From: an uncultured Bacillota bacterium
GTDB lineage: Bacteria > Bacillota_I > Bacilli_A > RF39 > UBA660
Direction: 5' to 3'
Assembly: GCA_947165005.1 (NCBI GenBank)
Contig: CAMUYN010000005.1
Location: 1 to 47,443 of the forward strand
Length of the DNA stretch: 47,443 bases
Shown: one piece after another, positions 29,772 to 39,332 of the stretch
How positions within the stretch are numbered: the first letter of the stretch is position 1
Layout: the number at the start of each line of letters is the position of its first letter
Translations under genes and position numbers: made by a program
The notes under the pieces: generated by a model
Told to the model about the DNA's origin: nothing
The model's input: the letters and a program-made list of their open reading frames with translations, nothing else
Databases searched by the model: none

Positions 29772-30638
29772 CTATTTTTTCTTTTTAAATAAATTACTAA
29801 AGAAATATATAATATATGCAATTTCTAAACTAATATAATATACAATTCTTAGTAATAGCATTTCAAATATATTCGCATGTAAATAATACTTTACGAAATA
29901 TTTTTGACTATTTTTTAGTATTTTATATTTATTTATAGAAGCCAAAGTTTTATTAATTGTTTTTGATTCATTATGTTTAACTTCAACCTCGTTATCAATA
30001 TAAGTCTTTTTATTAATATTTTTTAATTTGCATGCCAATATATTTTCTTCATAGAAAAGAAAAGTTGTATCATCAAAATTACCGACCATATTAAGTACAT
30101 CTCTTCTTATCATGAAAAAGCATCCTGAAACAACATCCACTCTTGTTAATTTATCATTATATTTTTTGTCATCATATCTAAGATTCTGTTCTATTATTCT
30201 ATGAAAATAATTAATATTTAAACCAATTTCATCTTTTATTTTAGGTAATTTCCAACCTCTTAGTTTTACTCCATTTTGATTAATAACTGGTGCTATTAAT
30301 GATATATCTGGATCATCATCCATATCTTCTTTTAATTTTCTAATAACAGGTTCTTCTAATACTATATCTGGATTTGAAATAATTATATAGTCCACTCTAT
30401 CTTTTAAGTATTTAATACCTACATTATTACCAGAAGCATAACCATTATTCTCATTATTTTTTAAAACAACAACATTCTTTTTTTCTAACTTTTTTAATTC
30501 TTCATAAGATGAATCAGTGCTATTATTATCTACTATAATTACTTCATTTAAAGATCTATATCTTTTGATACTATTTACATATTTTCTAGTTTCTTCATAA
30601 TCATTATAATTTAATATAACTATACCTATCTTACTCAT
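29772..30638 (-). CDS. GT2 family glycosyltransferase
   Basis: IVILNYN, VDNNSTD, GYASGNN, SNPD, SGCFF, FLFYEE. Confidence 0.92.
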   Translation of the reverse strand: MSKIGIVILNYNDYEETRKYVNSIKRYRSLNEVIIVDNNSTDSSYEELKKLEKKNVVVLKNNENNGYASGNNVGIKYLKDRVDYIIISNPDIVLEEPVIRKLKEDMDDDPDISLIAPVINQNGVKLRGWKLPKIKDEIGLNINYFHRIIEQNLRYDDKKYNDKLTRVDVVSGCFFMIRRDVLNMVGNFDDTTFLFYEENILACKLKNINKKTYIDNEVEVKHNESKTINKTLASINKYKILKNSQKYFVKYYLHANIFEMLLLRIVYYISLEIAYIIYFFSNLFKKKK

Positions 30639-30646
30639 ATTAACAC

Positions 30647-32860
30647 CTACTTAAATACTTCCAATATTTGATTTTTTGTTTTAAAAGAATCATATTTAAT
30701 TGCTGTTTCTCTTGCTTTAGCTTTCATTTTCTTTTCTTCTTCTTGATTTAAACTTAATAATTTCAAAACTTTATCTGCTAAATCCTTGCTATCTTTTTGC
30801 TTAAATAATAAACCATTTTTATTATCAACTAAATATGATGTAGGACCATATTTATTACTAGTAATAACTAATACTTCGCATGCCATTGCCTCTAATCCTA
30901 CTAGGCCTAATGATTCACTTTTCGTATATGTTGGAAAAACAAATACATCTAAAGAATTATATATATTTATTAATTCTTCCTGTGAAACAAGATTCCTTAT
31001 TTCTAGATAATCCTCTAAATTTAAATCTTTTACCATCTTTCTAAACTTATCTTCTTCTTGACCAGAACCCACAATTAAATATTTATAATTCTTTAATTCC
31101 TTCTTATCTTTCAATATAGAAATAGCTTCCAAAAAAATATCATAGCCTTTATTTTTTTCTAATTTAGATACATAACCAATGTAATTATATTTATCTGATA
31201 AATTAGCATTCTTTTTTGCTTCCTTTTTATCAATCTTTTTAAAAAAATTAGTATCTACACCCCCAGAAGGATAAATAAATATTTTATTCTCTGGAATATT
31301 ATAATCATTAATCATTACATCCTTGTAATACTTAGATGGAACTACAACTTTATAAGCATATTCTAAATATTTCTTACTTCTTTTGATGTTCTTATTATTA
31401 TCATCATCAGATACTACATCATTTCCATGTGCATTAAAAATTATTTTTATATTTGAACTTGTCTTTTTTATAAATACAGGTGCAAATCCAGTATGAGATA
31501 TATAATGAGCATAAATATAATCGTAATTATTAAAAATTCCTTTAAATATAACTAATAAATTCATTCTAATATATGCAATTATTTTAAAAATTATATTGTC
31601 TTGTTTAGTTATTACGACTCTATCAACTATGTAACCATGATCCATTAATAATTCTTCAGTATTTTTAATAAATGACCCATATTGCTTATATTTTTTTGAT
31701 GGATAATTATTAGATACTAGTAGTATCTTTTGTTTGTCTAGTATTAATGAATTCTTGCTTAATAAATATAATAATGATATATAAATGGATATACTTGGAT
31801 TAATAATTACACTTCCTACAAAAGATAATAATAGTGCCAATATGAATGAGAAGTTATATTTATCTCTTAAGCCATTATATCTAGTATTATATAAAACTAT
31901 TAATATATAAACTATTACTCCAAATAATCCTACTCCATAAAAAATATCAAAAATATCAATATTAATATTTCCTATTTTATTAATATTATATCTGCCAATA
32001 CCATAAATATAATTTTCTATCTTCCCCTTAGTAAATTTATTATTTACTTTTCCTAAAGAATCAATACTGTCATCAAAGTTTGCATACTCAACTATTTTCT
32101 TAAAATTATTAATTTTATTATCCTTTAGTGTATTTGTAATCTTCATAAATGGGAATAAAGATATCATTAAAACAATTATAAATACAGAAATAATAATATT
32201 TCTTTTTTGCCACTTATCAATTTTAAATATTCTACTATATTTAATATATCTAAATAATATAAATAATAAGATAACAATAGTTCCTAAGTACATGATTATA
32301 GTATTGGAATAATAAACACTTAAAAATAGTAATATATAAGATATTATTTTTAGTATGAAGCTTTTTGAATTATTAATATAATTAAGTGAAATACATCCAA
32401 GTGTAATTAATATTACACTAATAAATATATTATTATAAAGATTTAAATCAAATATACCTGATATTACAAAAATTATTTCATATAATAAAAATATTTTTGT
32501 AATTAGTTTATCATTTATCTTTTCATTATTATATGTTCCGAATAAAAGCATACTAATTGGAAAGTAAAATATATTAATCACATTAATAAACTCACAAGGT
32601 AAACTCGCTTTGCTTCTTCCAAAAAAATACATTAAAGAAAAACTAAAGAATGCAACAAATAAGAATAATACTTTATTATATTTATAGTTTTTTAATAGCC
32701 ATATAAACATTATTATGAAATTAATAAAAAATAATATAAAACTAATTGATAATGGGTAATTATCATTTTTTATTAAGCTATTAGTAAAAATGTTTATAAC
32801 TGGACTAATCAATAAAAATATGTAAATAAATTTATCAAAAAATTTATTAAATTTGCTCAT
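30647..32860 (-). CDS. Multi-TM O-antigen-ligase-like domain fused to GT4 glycosyltransferase
   Basis: ~11 TMs with YGIG and IDIFDIFYGVGLFG; C-terminal YPS, HGND, KNKG, ESLGLVGLEAMAC. Confidence 0.8.
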   Translation of the reverse strand: MSKFNKFFDKFIYIFLLISPVINIFTNSLIKNDNYPLSISFILFFINFIIMFIWLLKNYKYNKVLFLFVAFFSFSLMYFFGRSKASLPCEFINVINIFYFPISMLLFGTYNNEKINDKLITKIFLLYEIIFVISGIFDLNLYNNIFISVILITLGCISLNYINNSKSFILKIISYILLFLSVYYSNTIIMYLGTIVILLFILFRYIKYSRIFKIDKWQKRNIIISVFIIVLMISLFPFMKITNTLKDNKINNFKKIVEYANFDDSIDSLGKVNNKFTKGKIENYIYGIGRYNINKIGNINIDIFDIFYGVGLFGVIVYILIVLYNTRYNGLRDKYNFSFILALLLSFVGSVIINPSISIYISLLYLLSKNSLILDKQKILLVSNNYPSKKYKQYGSFIKNTEELLMDHGYIVDRVVITKQDNIIFKIIAYIRMNLLVIFKGIFNNYDYIYAHYISHTGFAPVFIKKTSSNIKIIFNAHGNDVVSDDDNNKNIKRSKKYLEYAYKVVVPSKYYKDVMINDYNIPENKIFIYPSGGVDTNFFKKIDKKEAKKNANLSDKYNYIGYVSKLEKNKGYDIFLEAISILKDKKELKNYKYLIVGSGQEEDKFRKMVKDLNLEDYLEIRNLVSQEELINIYNSLDVFVFPTYTKSESLGLVGLEAMACEVLVITSNKYGPTSYLVDNKNGLLFKQKDSKDLADKVLKLLSLNQEEEKKMKAKARETAIKYDSFKTKNQILEVFK

Positions 32861-32993
32861 AAAAGATACCTCTTTACATAATCATTATAACAAAAATACA
32901 CAAAAAAAGATATAGCATCCCGCATATATCTTTTAATAACATATAAACTATCATGTCAATACTATTATGAATATGTTTTAAATTATTATTCAT

Positions 32994-34487
32994 TTATTCT
33001 AAAAATTTTTTTTGCTCTTCTTTTAATCTCTTTTTTTCTTCTTTTTCAAGTTTCTTCATTTCTTTTTTTGATAGTTTTTTTTCTTCTTTTGGAAGATCCT
33101 TTTTTTCTTCAGTTACTGGTTCTTTTTTCTCTTCTTTAGGAGGTTCTTTCTTTTCCTCTTTTTTTGTGATTTTTGCAATTGCCTCATTTTCTTTTCTATT
33201 TTTTAGAACCTTTTTCATTTTTCTTTTAGAAGAACTCATAGAAATAAGAATTATTATTAAGATTAATACTAGTGCAGATGCTGCTACTAATCCTACTTCT
33301 AATTTTTTACTAAATTCTTCTACACTACTAGTTAGTTTAGCATTATATCTTTGGAAAGTCTTTTCTTTTACATCATATTGATAAAATGATTCCTTACCAT
33401 TTTCCATATTAATAGCATAAACTAGTCTATAATCACTTATTCCTTTTAGGTAATAAGCATCTACTTCTTCTTTGCCTATTTTAATTGTAGTTTTCTTATA
33501 ATTTGCTGGAATAATAATGCTGCTTGGTTTTAATAATACTAATCTTAATCCATTTGAATCTATTTCATTATATTTTGTATATGTTGAATTTTTAGAATTA
33601 TAGATATAGAAACTTGAATTACCATCTTCATCAACAAGTAAAACCAATATATAGTCTATATACTTGTTAGAGTAAGCAACAACATCCTGTTTTTCTATTA
33701 CAACATTTGTTTTTACAAATCCTTTTGGTGGTTCTACATTACTTTCTTTTTTAAATACAGTATATTTTTTCTTATTTATAACAACTTCAATCGGATTCTT
33801 TTCTTTTCTAGTTATTTCTACCACATATACTTTTTCATCATCATTTTCAGCGCGTACTTTCAATTCGAATCTATTTACGCCCTCAATTAATTCCTTCTCT
33901 CCAAGTCCTTCAATTGATGCTTTACCATCTTCTAATTCGGCTTGTATATTTACTTTTTCTACATTACCCTCAACTACCGCTTTATATTCAAGATTATCTT
34001 TATTAAATTCTGGTGTTAATTGAACATTTTCAATAGTAATAGAACTTAAATTATTATTAGAAGATCTTTCAACATAAGTGTAATTGCTAGAGCCACCACC
34101 ACTATTAGATGAATTTGATGAATTAGCTGCAACTATATTAACTGTACAAACATCTGATCCTGAATATTCTGTGTTTTCATCAGAAACATCAATGTCTGCA
34201 ACATAGAATTTTGCACTTCCTGGGTTACCAGCAACGAAGTTTACTGTTGTACTAAAATTTGCTCCGTCACCCCAAATACTTAAATCTCCACTAGAAAATC
34301 TTGCGTTTCCTTCGCCAACTATAGTTCCCTTCCAAGTTGAATCTGGTGAAGTTAAATTCCCATATATTGTTACAGATATATTCTCCCCAGATACTACTTG
34401 TCCTGGTGCAGAGCAGTGAAATACTGCTGCTTTAGCGGATATCGGAGCAATTAATAGTAATAATAAAATATATTTAATCTTTTTCAT
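32994..34487 (-). CDS. Type I membrane protein: possible cohesin-like domain, cadherin-like beta-sandwich, TM, K/E-rich cytoplasmic tail
   Basis: Signal peptide; SSNNNLSSI...LTPEF....EY...VRAEND..KVY cadherin-like beta-sandwich; YQYD..E.TFQRY; TM GLVAASALVLILIIILI. Confidence 0.75.
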   Translation of the reverse strand: MKKIKYILLLLLIAPISAKAAVFHCSAPGQVVSGENISVTIYGNLTSPDSTWKGTIVGEGNARFSSGDLSIWGDGANFSTTVNFVAGNPGSAKFYVADIDVSDENTEYSGSDVCTVNIVAANSSNSSNSGGGSSNYTYVERSSNNNLSSITIENVQLTPEFNKDNLEYKAVVEGNVEKVNIQAELEDGKASIEGLGEKELIEGVNRFELKVRAENDDEKVYVVEITRKEKNPIEVVINKKKYTVFKKESNVEPPKGFVKTNVVIEKQDVVAYSNKYIDYILVLLVDEDGNSSFYIYNSKNSTYTKYNEIDSNGLRLVLLKPSSIIIPANYKKTTIKIGKEEVDAYYLKGISDYRLVYAINMENGKESFYQYDVKEKTFQRYNAKLTSSVEEFSKKLEVGLVAASALVLILIIILISMSSSKRKMKKVLKNRKENEAIAKITKKEEKKEPPKEEKKEPVTEEKKDLPKEEKKLSKKEMKKLEKEEKKRLKEEQKKFLE

Positions 34488-34498
34488 TATAAACCTCC

Positions 34499-36475
34499 CT
34501 ATTGTACTAATTTTTGTGTATTTCTAATATGTGCTTTAACTTTTGAGTAATCTATTGTACTGATTTTTCCATCTTTACTAGTATCAGCTGCTGCTGCATA
34601 AGCACCATCTAATTTTAATGTGTTTCTAATATGTGCTTTGATTTTTGAATAATCTATTGTACTAATCTTTCCATCACCGTTTGTATCACCATAAAGAACT
34701 ATTTCATATTTCTTTTCTACACCATTTACTTTTACAGATATTTTTTGACCAGTAGAAATAGTTCCACTAGTAATTTCTTTATTAGATGAATCAAATACTT
34801 TTACTTCAGTTTGAGAATTATTACTCTTAATTTTATTTATTGTATCACCAATAGAACTACCAATATTAAAGCCTGATATATAGTTATCTTTTGTGTTATA
34901 TCCTGAATACTTAATTACGTCTTCAGAAGTTTCAGAAGAAGCATCTTTCTTAACAATTTTTATTGTGTATGTTCTCTTTGATCCATCTTCTGCTTGGCAA
35001 ATAATTTCTTTAATTGTTTCATTACCACTTAAGGCTACATCTCCATTACCTGTTACTTTTGCTTTTGCATGTGCTGGAGTACCGCTTATATTAACACTTG
35101 TTGTATTACTAGATACCTCTAATGTATAAGATGTTATAGATGAATCAAATGCTGGATATAAATAACCAGTTGAATAAGATATACCACTTAAGTTAGAATT
35201 ATCACTTAATGTATTTATTGAAGTTCCACCACCCATATCAGAATAAACAGGAATCTTAAATGTAAATGATAAATTAGTTATTTTTGCATTCCAATAAGAT
35301 CTATATGTTGTATAACCTTCACTATATGGTGCTTGGACATTAGCCATATATTGATGCCAATATCTTGATGATCCAACTATATTAAATTTTTCATAATAAA
35401 GTGTATCTTGATTGCTTGTTATATATCCATTAGCTATTTCAGATGTAGCACCCATTATGGATGCATAAGGGCTATCCCATCCACTTGATTTAGCATAGTT
35501 AAGTGCTCCATTATAGATAGCTTCATTACTACTTCCAGATGCACCAAAATTGAAATAATTATAGTATGTTTTTCCATCTCCACCATCCATAGAAGCAGTA
35601 AAACTACCACTATATCCTTGTTCTTGAAGAACCCTAGCTGCTAAATGAACTGGACTAACTCCATATTTTTTACCTGCTTCAACAAAAGTAGATGCAAATG
35701 TCTTTGATTGCCCATTATATGAATAACTACCTGCTAAAAATGACCCATTTAATATATTTTGTACTACACTTTCATTTTGTGATTCATTATATGATAATTG
35801 TTCAAACATAAATATACTATTGTCATCTAAGAAATTTCTTGGGTCTAAATAGTATTTTAATGCATTTCTACTTGGTGCATACCAATTAGGTTCAAATTGT
35901 ACATAAGTACCATTTGAATATGCAGCTGGATCAGTAGATAATTGATTTAAATCTCTAGTGCTTATTAAATTTTTATATATTGGATTTGATTCACCATTTA
36001 CTGCATCATCTAATGATACACCAGTATTAGATACTTCAAAATTCCAATTTGGATGTACTGCATGCATTTTAGTTAGTTTTTCAACATAACTTTCTGGGAA
36101 TCCTTTGTTTTTTAATGAATTTGCATAATTTTGATCTAAATTATATGTTTGAATACCACCTAAATAGTGAGTATAAACATATCCTTCATAAGTATAACCC
36201 CAATAATTAAATCTTATTTTAGACCAATCTCCTTCAGTTCCTATTACTTCAACTACTCTTGGTCTCCAAAGCCAAATAGTATCTCCATCACAGTCTTTTA
36301 ATCTAGGACAAACACTTTGATCTGTACTTGGGCAACTTCTAACAGATAATTCTGTTTCATCTATATATGCATAAGTATAACTACTTTGTAAAGCATAAAC
36401 ATTATACGGAATAAAAGGTATGACTAAGGAGATAAGCATAAGAAAACTTAGAAAAATATTTGCTAATTTTTTCAT
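34499..36475 (-). CDS. Secreted peptidoglycan hydrolase: SH3b + GH73-like glucosaminidase + cadherin-like beta-sandwich + dockerin
   Basis: LSVRSCPS...WSKI...EGYV (SH3b); GFPESY, YYLDPRNFL, VSPVHLAARVLQEQG, YNYFNFGA, HQYMAN; GDTNGDGKISTID twice. Start corrected to MKKLAN after gaggtg. Confidence 0.85.
   Translation of the reverse strand: MKKLANIFLSFLMLISLVIPFIPYNVYALQSSYTYAYIDETELSVRSCPSTDQSVCPRLKDCDGDTIWLWRPRVVEVIGTEGDWSKIRFNYWGYTYEGYVYTHYLGGIQTYNLDQNYANSLKNKGFPESYVEKLTKMHAVHPNWNFEVSNTGVSLDDAVNGESNPIYKNLISTRDLNQLSTDPAAYSNGTYVQFEPNWYAPSRNALKYYLDPRNFLDDNSIFMFEQLSYNESQNESVVQNILNGSFLAGSYSYNGQSKTFASTFVEAGKKYGVSPVHLAARVLQEQGYSGSFTASMDGGDGKTYYNYFNFGASGSSNEAIYNGALNYAKSSGWDSPYASIMGATSEIANGYITSNQDTLYYEKFNIVGSSRYWHQYMANVQAPYSEGYTTYRSYWNAKITNLSFTFKIPVYSDMGGGTSINTLSDNSNLSGISYSTGYLYPAFDSSITSYTLEVSSNTTSVNISGTPAHAKAKVTGNGDVALSGNETIKEIICQAEDGSKRTYTIKIVKKDASSETSEDVIKYSGYNTKDNYISGFNIGSSIGDTINKIKSNNSQTEVKVFDSSNKEITSGTISTGQKISVKVNGVEKKYEIVLYGDTNGDGKISTIDYSKIKAHIRNTLKLDGAYAAAADTSKDGKISTIDYSKVKAHIRNTQKLVQ
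34518..34690 (-). repeat. Dockerin internal duplication
   Basis: DTNGDGKISTIDYSKIKAHIRNT and DTSKDGKISTIDYSKVKAHIRNT, also similar at DNA level. Confidence 0.9.
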
Positions 36476-36588
36476 ACTATCACCTCTCCTTTTAGTCTTA
36501 TACACATTTTATTATACCAAATAAATAATGTCTTTATATATATGTTAATATATATAAGAGTATAAATATGTAAAAATTTGTAAAAAAA

Positions 36589-36608
36589 AAGGAACTTTTT
36601 TGTTCCTT
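36589..36608 (-). terminator. Intrinsic terminator
   Basis: aaggaac-tttttt-gttcctt with T9 run on minus strand at LCP stop. Confidence 0.7.
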
Positions 36609-38658
36609 ATTCTTCAGTAGATTCTCCACCACCAGATTCTTCTCCACCTGTTTCATTAACGGTAGATTCTTCTCCACTAGATTCTTCTCCACCAGATGGT
36701 TCTTCGTTAGATTTACTTGAACCATCATCTGTACATGTATATTCTATATATTTTGTAGGATTCTTATCTCCATTACTATCATACCAATAGTAACCTCCAC
36801 CTTCAGAAACACATTCGCTAATATGCTTCTTTGTTGTTGTATTTTCAGTTGTTTCTTCTTCTTTAACACATTTACCATTGCTATCTTCTTTATAGCCTTT
36901 ACTCTTTGGACAAATACATGTTTTTCCATCTGCACCTAATTCTAATGGCGCATCACATGTTTTCTTTTCTTCTTGTTTTTCAGGTTGTGGATAAGTCTTT
37001 ATTCCACCCCATTTATCTTTACCGATAATTGGTTGTTCATATGGTTCATCTATACTAAATGTAAATGAGGTTGCATAGTTTTCTTCCTCTTGTCCTAAAT
37101 TAATTTTCATGGCCTTAACAATAGCATTTAAACTGTTCATTGAAGGTAAGAATTCATATACTTCTGACCCTACTAAATAGTCATGTAAGTGACCATCTGA
37201 ACCATTTAAATATGTTCTTTGCATGCTTATAACATCATTTGTATCTGTTAATGAATCAGTAGATAATAATACATCTTTAAATACATTGTAGAACTCAAGA
37301 ATTTGTTCTCTTGATAAGTCTGTTTCCATTGTTTTACCAACAGCATCTAATACTTGATAGAATTGATCTACTGTTCTAATATTTTTGGCAGAATTTATAA
37401 TTCCTTTAATAACTAATTGTTGGTTTTGACCTCTTACAAAGTCATTTCTTTCTCCTTCAGAATATTGTGGCCCACACCAATCAATTACTTTTCTGTTTCT
37501 TGCTAGTGCTAATGCTTGTTCTCCATTTAAATGTTGCCATCCTTTTTCTACAGTAATTACAGTTGTAAAGTTCCTATATTGATTTGATTCACATAATGCA
37601 TATGGAACATCAACATCTATACCTCCAAGTGCATCAACTAATGTTATGGCACCCTTAAAGTTAACTTTAACATAATAATCTATGTCAATTCCTGTAAAGT
37701 TTTCCACTGTTTCTATAACACAGTCACTACCATAAGGATTAGCATGTGTAATTTTACTATATCTATTTCCAGCACATGCAATTTGTACATATGTGTCTCT
37801 TGGAATACTGAATATTGTAGCATTTAATGTTTTTGGATTAAATGTTACAAGAATTAATGTATCTCCAAGTCCCCAATCATCACCGATTTCATCATCATTT
37901 GAGTCTACACCCATTAATAAAATAGAGAATGGTTCTGTTACACTTGTTTTTCTTTTTTCTTTCTTCTTTGATGCTTTTGTTTTCATTGATTCGCTATATT
38001 TATATAAAACTTTAGTTTCATCTGCTATATGCTCAAAATCTGTTCTTGTTTTGTACATAGAAACATAATTTCCTGGCATAAAACATGCATCAATTTCACC
38101 TGAATATAAAGCTTTTAACATAACTATATATTCATCATAATCATATATATTATCTGCACTTATATTCTTTTCTTTTATTAGTTTTTGTGCTAATACATAG
38201 CCTTCAGTATCTTCTTCATCACTTATAATACCTATCTTCTTTTTCTTGATATTTTTCTTTGTAGTATCACCATCAGAAAGTACTATTAAATTAGTTGTAT
38301 AAGTTACTTCACCTTTATTCAAATTATCAAGATATGACATAGTCTTTGATATAAAGGAACTAGCAAAATATTCTCCAGTACCAAATGCTAAAAGTACTAA
38401 TATTAATATGATAAATTTATATTTCTTAGGTTGTGATCTTAGAGAAAAATTTAGTTTAAGTACTAATAAACACACTATTACTAATATAGCAATAGCAATA
38501 TATCTAAGAACATTTTCTATTCCGTTTAGTTTTAATAAATTCCATATAAAATATGCTGTTATACATATAAACATTCCTACAAAAACACTAGATATTATTC
38601 CAATGATTTTGTTCTTTTTTCTATTTTCATTTTTTTCTTCTCTTGTATATTTTCTCAT
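36607..38658 (-). CDS. LCP (LytR-CpsA-Psr) family glycopolymer transferase, CpsA-like, with Cys-rich tail
   Basis: 3 N-terminal TMs, accessory domain, ILLMGVD, SIPRDTYV, DYYVKVNF, LNGEQALALARNR, DFVRGQNQQ. Confidence 0.92.
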   Translation of the reverse strand: MRKYTREEKNENRKKNKIIGIISSVFVGMFICITAYFIWNLLKLNGIENVLRYIAIAILVIVCLLVLKLNFSLRSQPKKYKFIILILVLLAFGTGEYFASSFISKTMSYLDNLNKGEVTYTTNLIVLSDGDTTKKNIKKKKIGIISDEEDTEGYVLAQKLIKEKNISADNIYDYDEYIVMLKALYSGEIDACFMPGNYVSMYKTRTDFEHIADETKVLYKYSESMKTKASKKKEKRKTSVTEPFSILLMGVDSNDDEIGDDWGLGDTLILVTFNPKTLNATIFSIPRDTYVQIACAGNRYSKITHANPYGSDCVIETVENFTGIDIDYYVKVNFKGAITLVDALGGIDVDVPYALCESNQYRNFTTVITVEKGWQHLNGEQALALARNRKVIDWCGPQYSEGERNDFVRGQNQQLVIKGIINSAKNIRTVDQFYQVLDAVGKTMETDLSREQILEFYNVFKDVLLSTDSLTDTNDVISMQRTYLNGSDGHLHDYLVGSEVYEFLPSMNSLNAIVKAMKINLGQEEENYATSFTFSIDEPYEQPIIGKDKWGGIKTYPQPEKQEEKKTCDAPLELGADGKTCICPKSKGYKEDSNGKCVKEEETTENTTTKKHISECVSEGGGYYWYDSNGDKNPTKYIEYTCTDDGSSKSNEEPSGGEESSGEESTVNETGGEESGGGESTEE

Positions 38659-38659
38659 A

Positions 38660-39331
38660 TTACATAGCCTCCTGCATTCTTGCTACTGATAATTTTTTAC
38701 CATCAGGAACTACTATAATAGTTGCATTACTTTGAAAATCATCTTTATTTTTATATTCCCAGCTAATATTAATCATATAACCCACTTGATCTTCAGTAAA
38801 ACCTAAATTTTCAAACATACTAGATGGAGATATTTCATCTATATCGTCTATAGTCACTTTACTAACAGTTGGTAAAGAACTATTTGATTTATCGTCAGTG
38901 ACATTTGAATGTACTTGTTTATAAATACTATTACGTGCACCCTCTACAAAATCTGTCTTATAGTTTTCATATACAAATTGAACACCACCAACATCATTTT
39001 TACTAGTTTTATTACTTAATGTAAAGAAATCAATTACAAATAGTTTTGTAATTACTTCTGCGTATTTTTCATTATCAACATCTTTAGCATTTAGTACTTT
39101 TTTCAATTCATTAAAATTCTGTTTAAATATCTTTGTATCACTATCATTAACTACATAATCAACATCTTTATTTTTAATAGAATCTACTACTTTTGCCTTA
39201 TTACTTTTTGGTTTAATGAAATTATTCCATACAATATATCCACCTAATAGAATAGCAACGATGATTAAACATAATAAAATTTTTGTAATTGGTTTTACCC
39301 TAACTTTTGCCCTTTTTTCTTTTTCAACCAT
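38660..39331 (-). CDS. Hypothetical single-pass membrane protein
   Basis: 223 aa, one TM, LFVIDFFTLSNKTSKNDVGG; tightly coupled between ltaS and LCP genes. Confidence 0.75.
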   Translation of the reverse strand: MVEKEKRAKVRVKPITKILLCLIIVAILLGGYIVWNNFIKPKSNKAKVVDSIKNKDVDYVVNDSDTKIFKQNFNELKKVLNAKDVDNEKYAEVITKLFVIDFFTLSNKTSKNDVGGVQFVYENYKTDFVEGARNSIYKQVHSNVTDDKSNSSLPTVSKVTIDDIDEISPSSMFENLGFTEDQVGYMINISWEYKNKDDFQSNATIIVVPDGKKLSVARMQEAM

Positions 39332-39332
39332 A

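Noticed and set aside
32994-33230. Repetitive poly-T/ttc tract as a DNA repeat element
   Set aside because: It encodes the K/E-rich cytoplasmic tail (KEEKK units) of the ORF.
297-38689. Other short plus-strand ORFs in the track (e.g. 297..494, 1014..1289, 11245..11544, 18532..18924, 24025..24228, 37793..38068) and nested minus ORFs 12822..13025, 36534..36728, 36744..36935
   Set aside because: They overlap well-supported genes and have antisense-typical S/L/F/I composition or no RBS.
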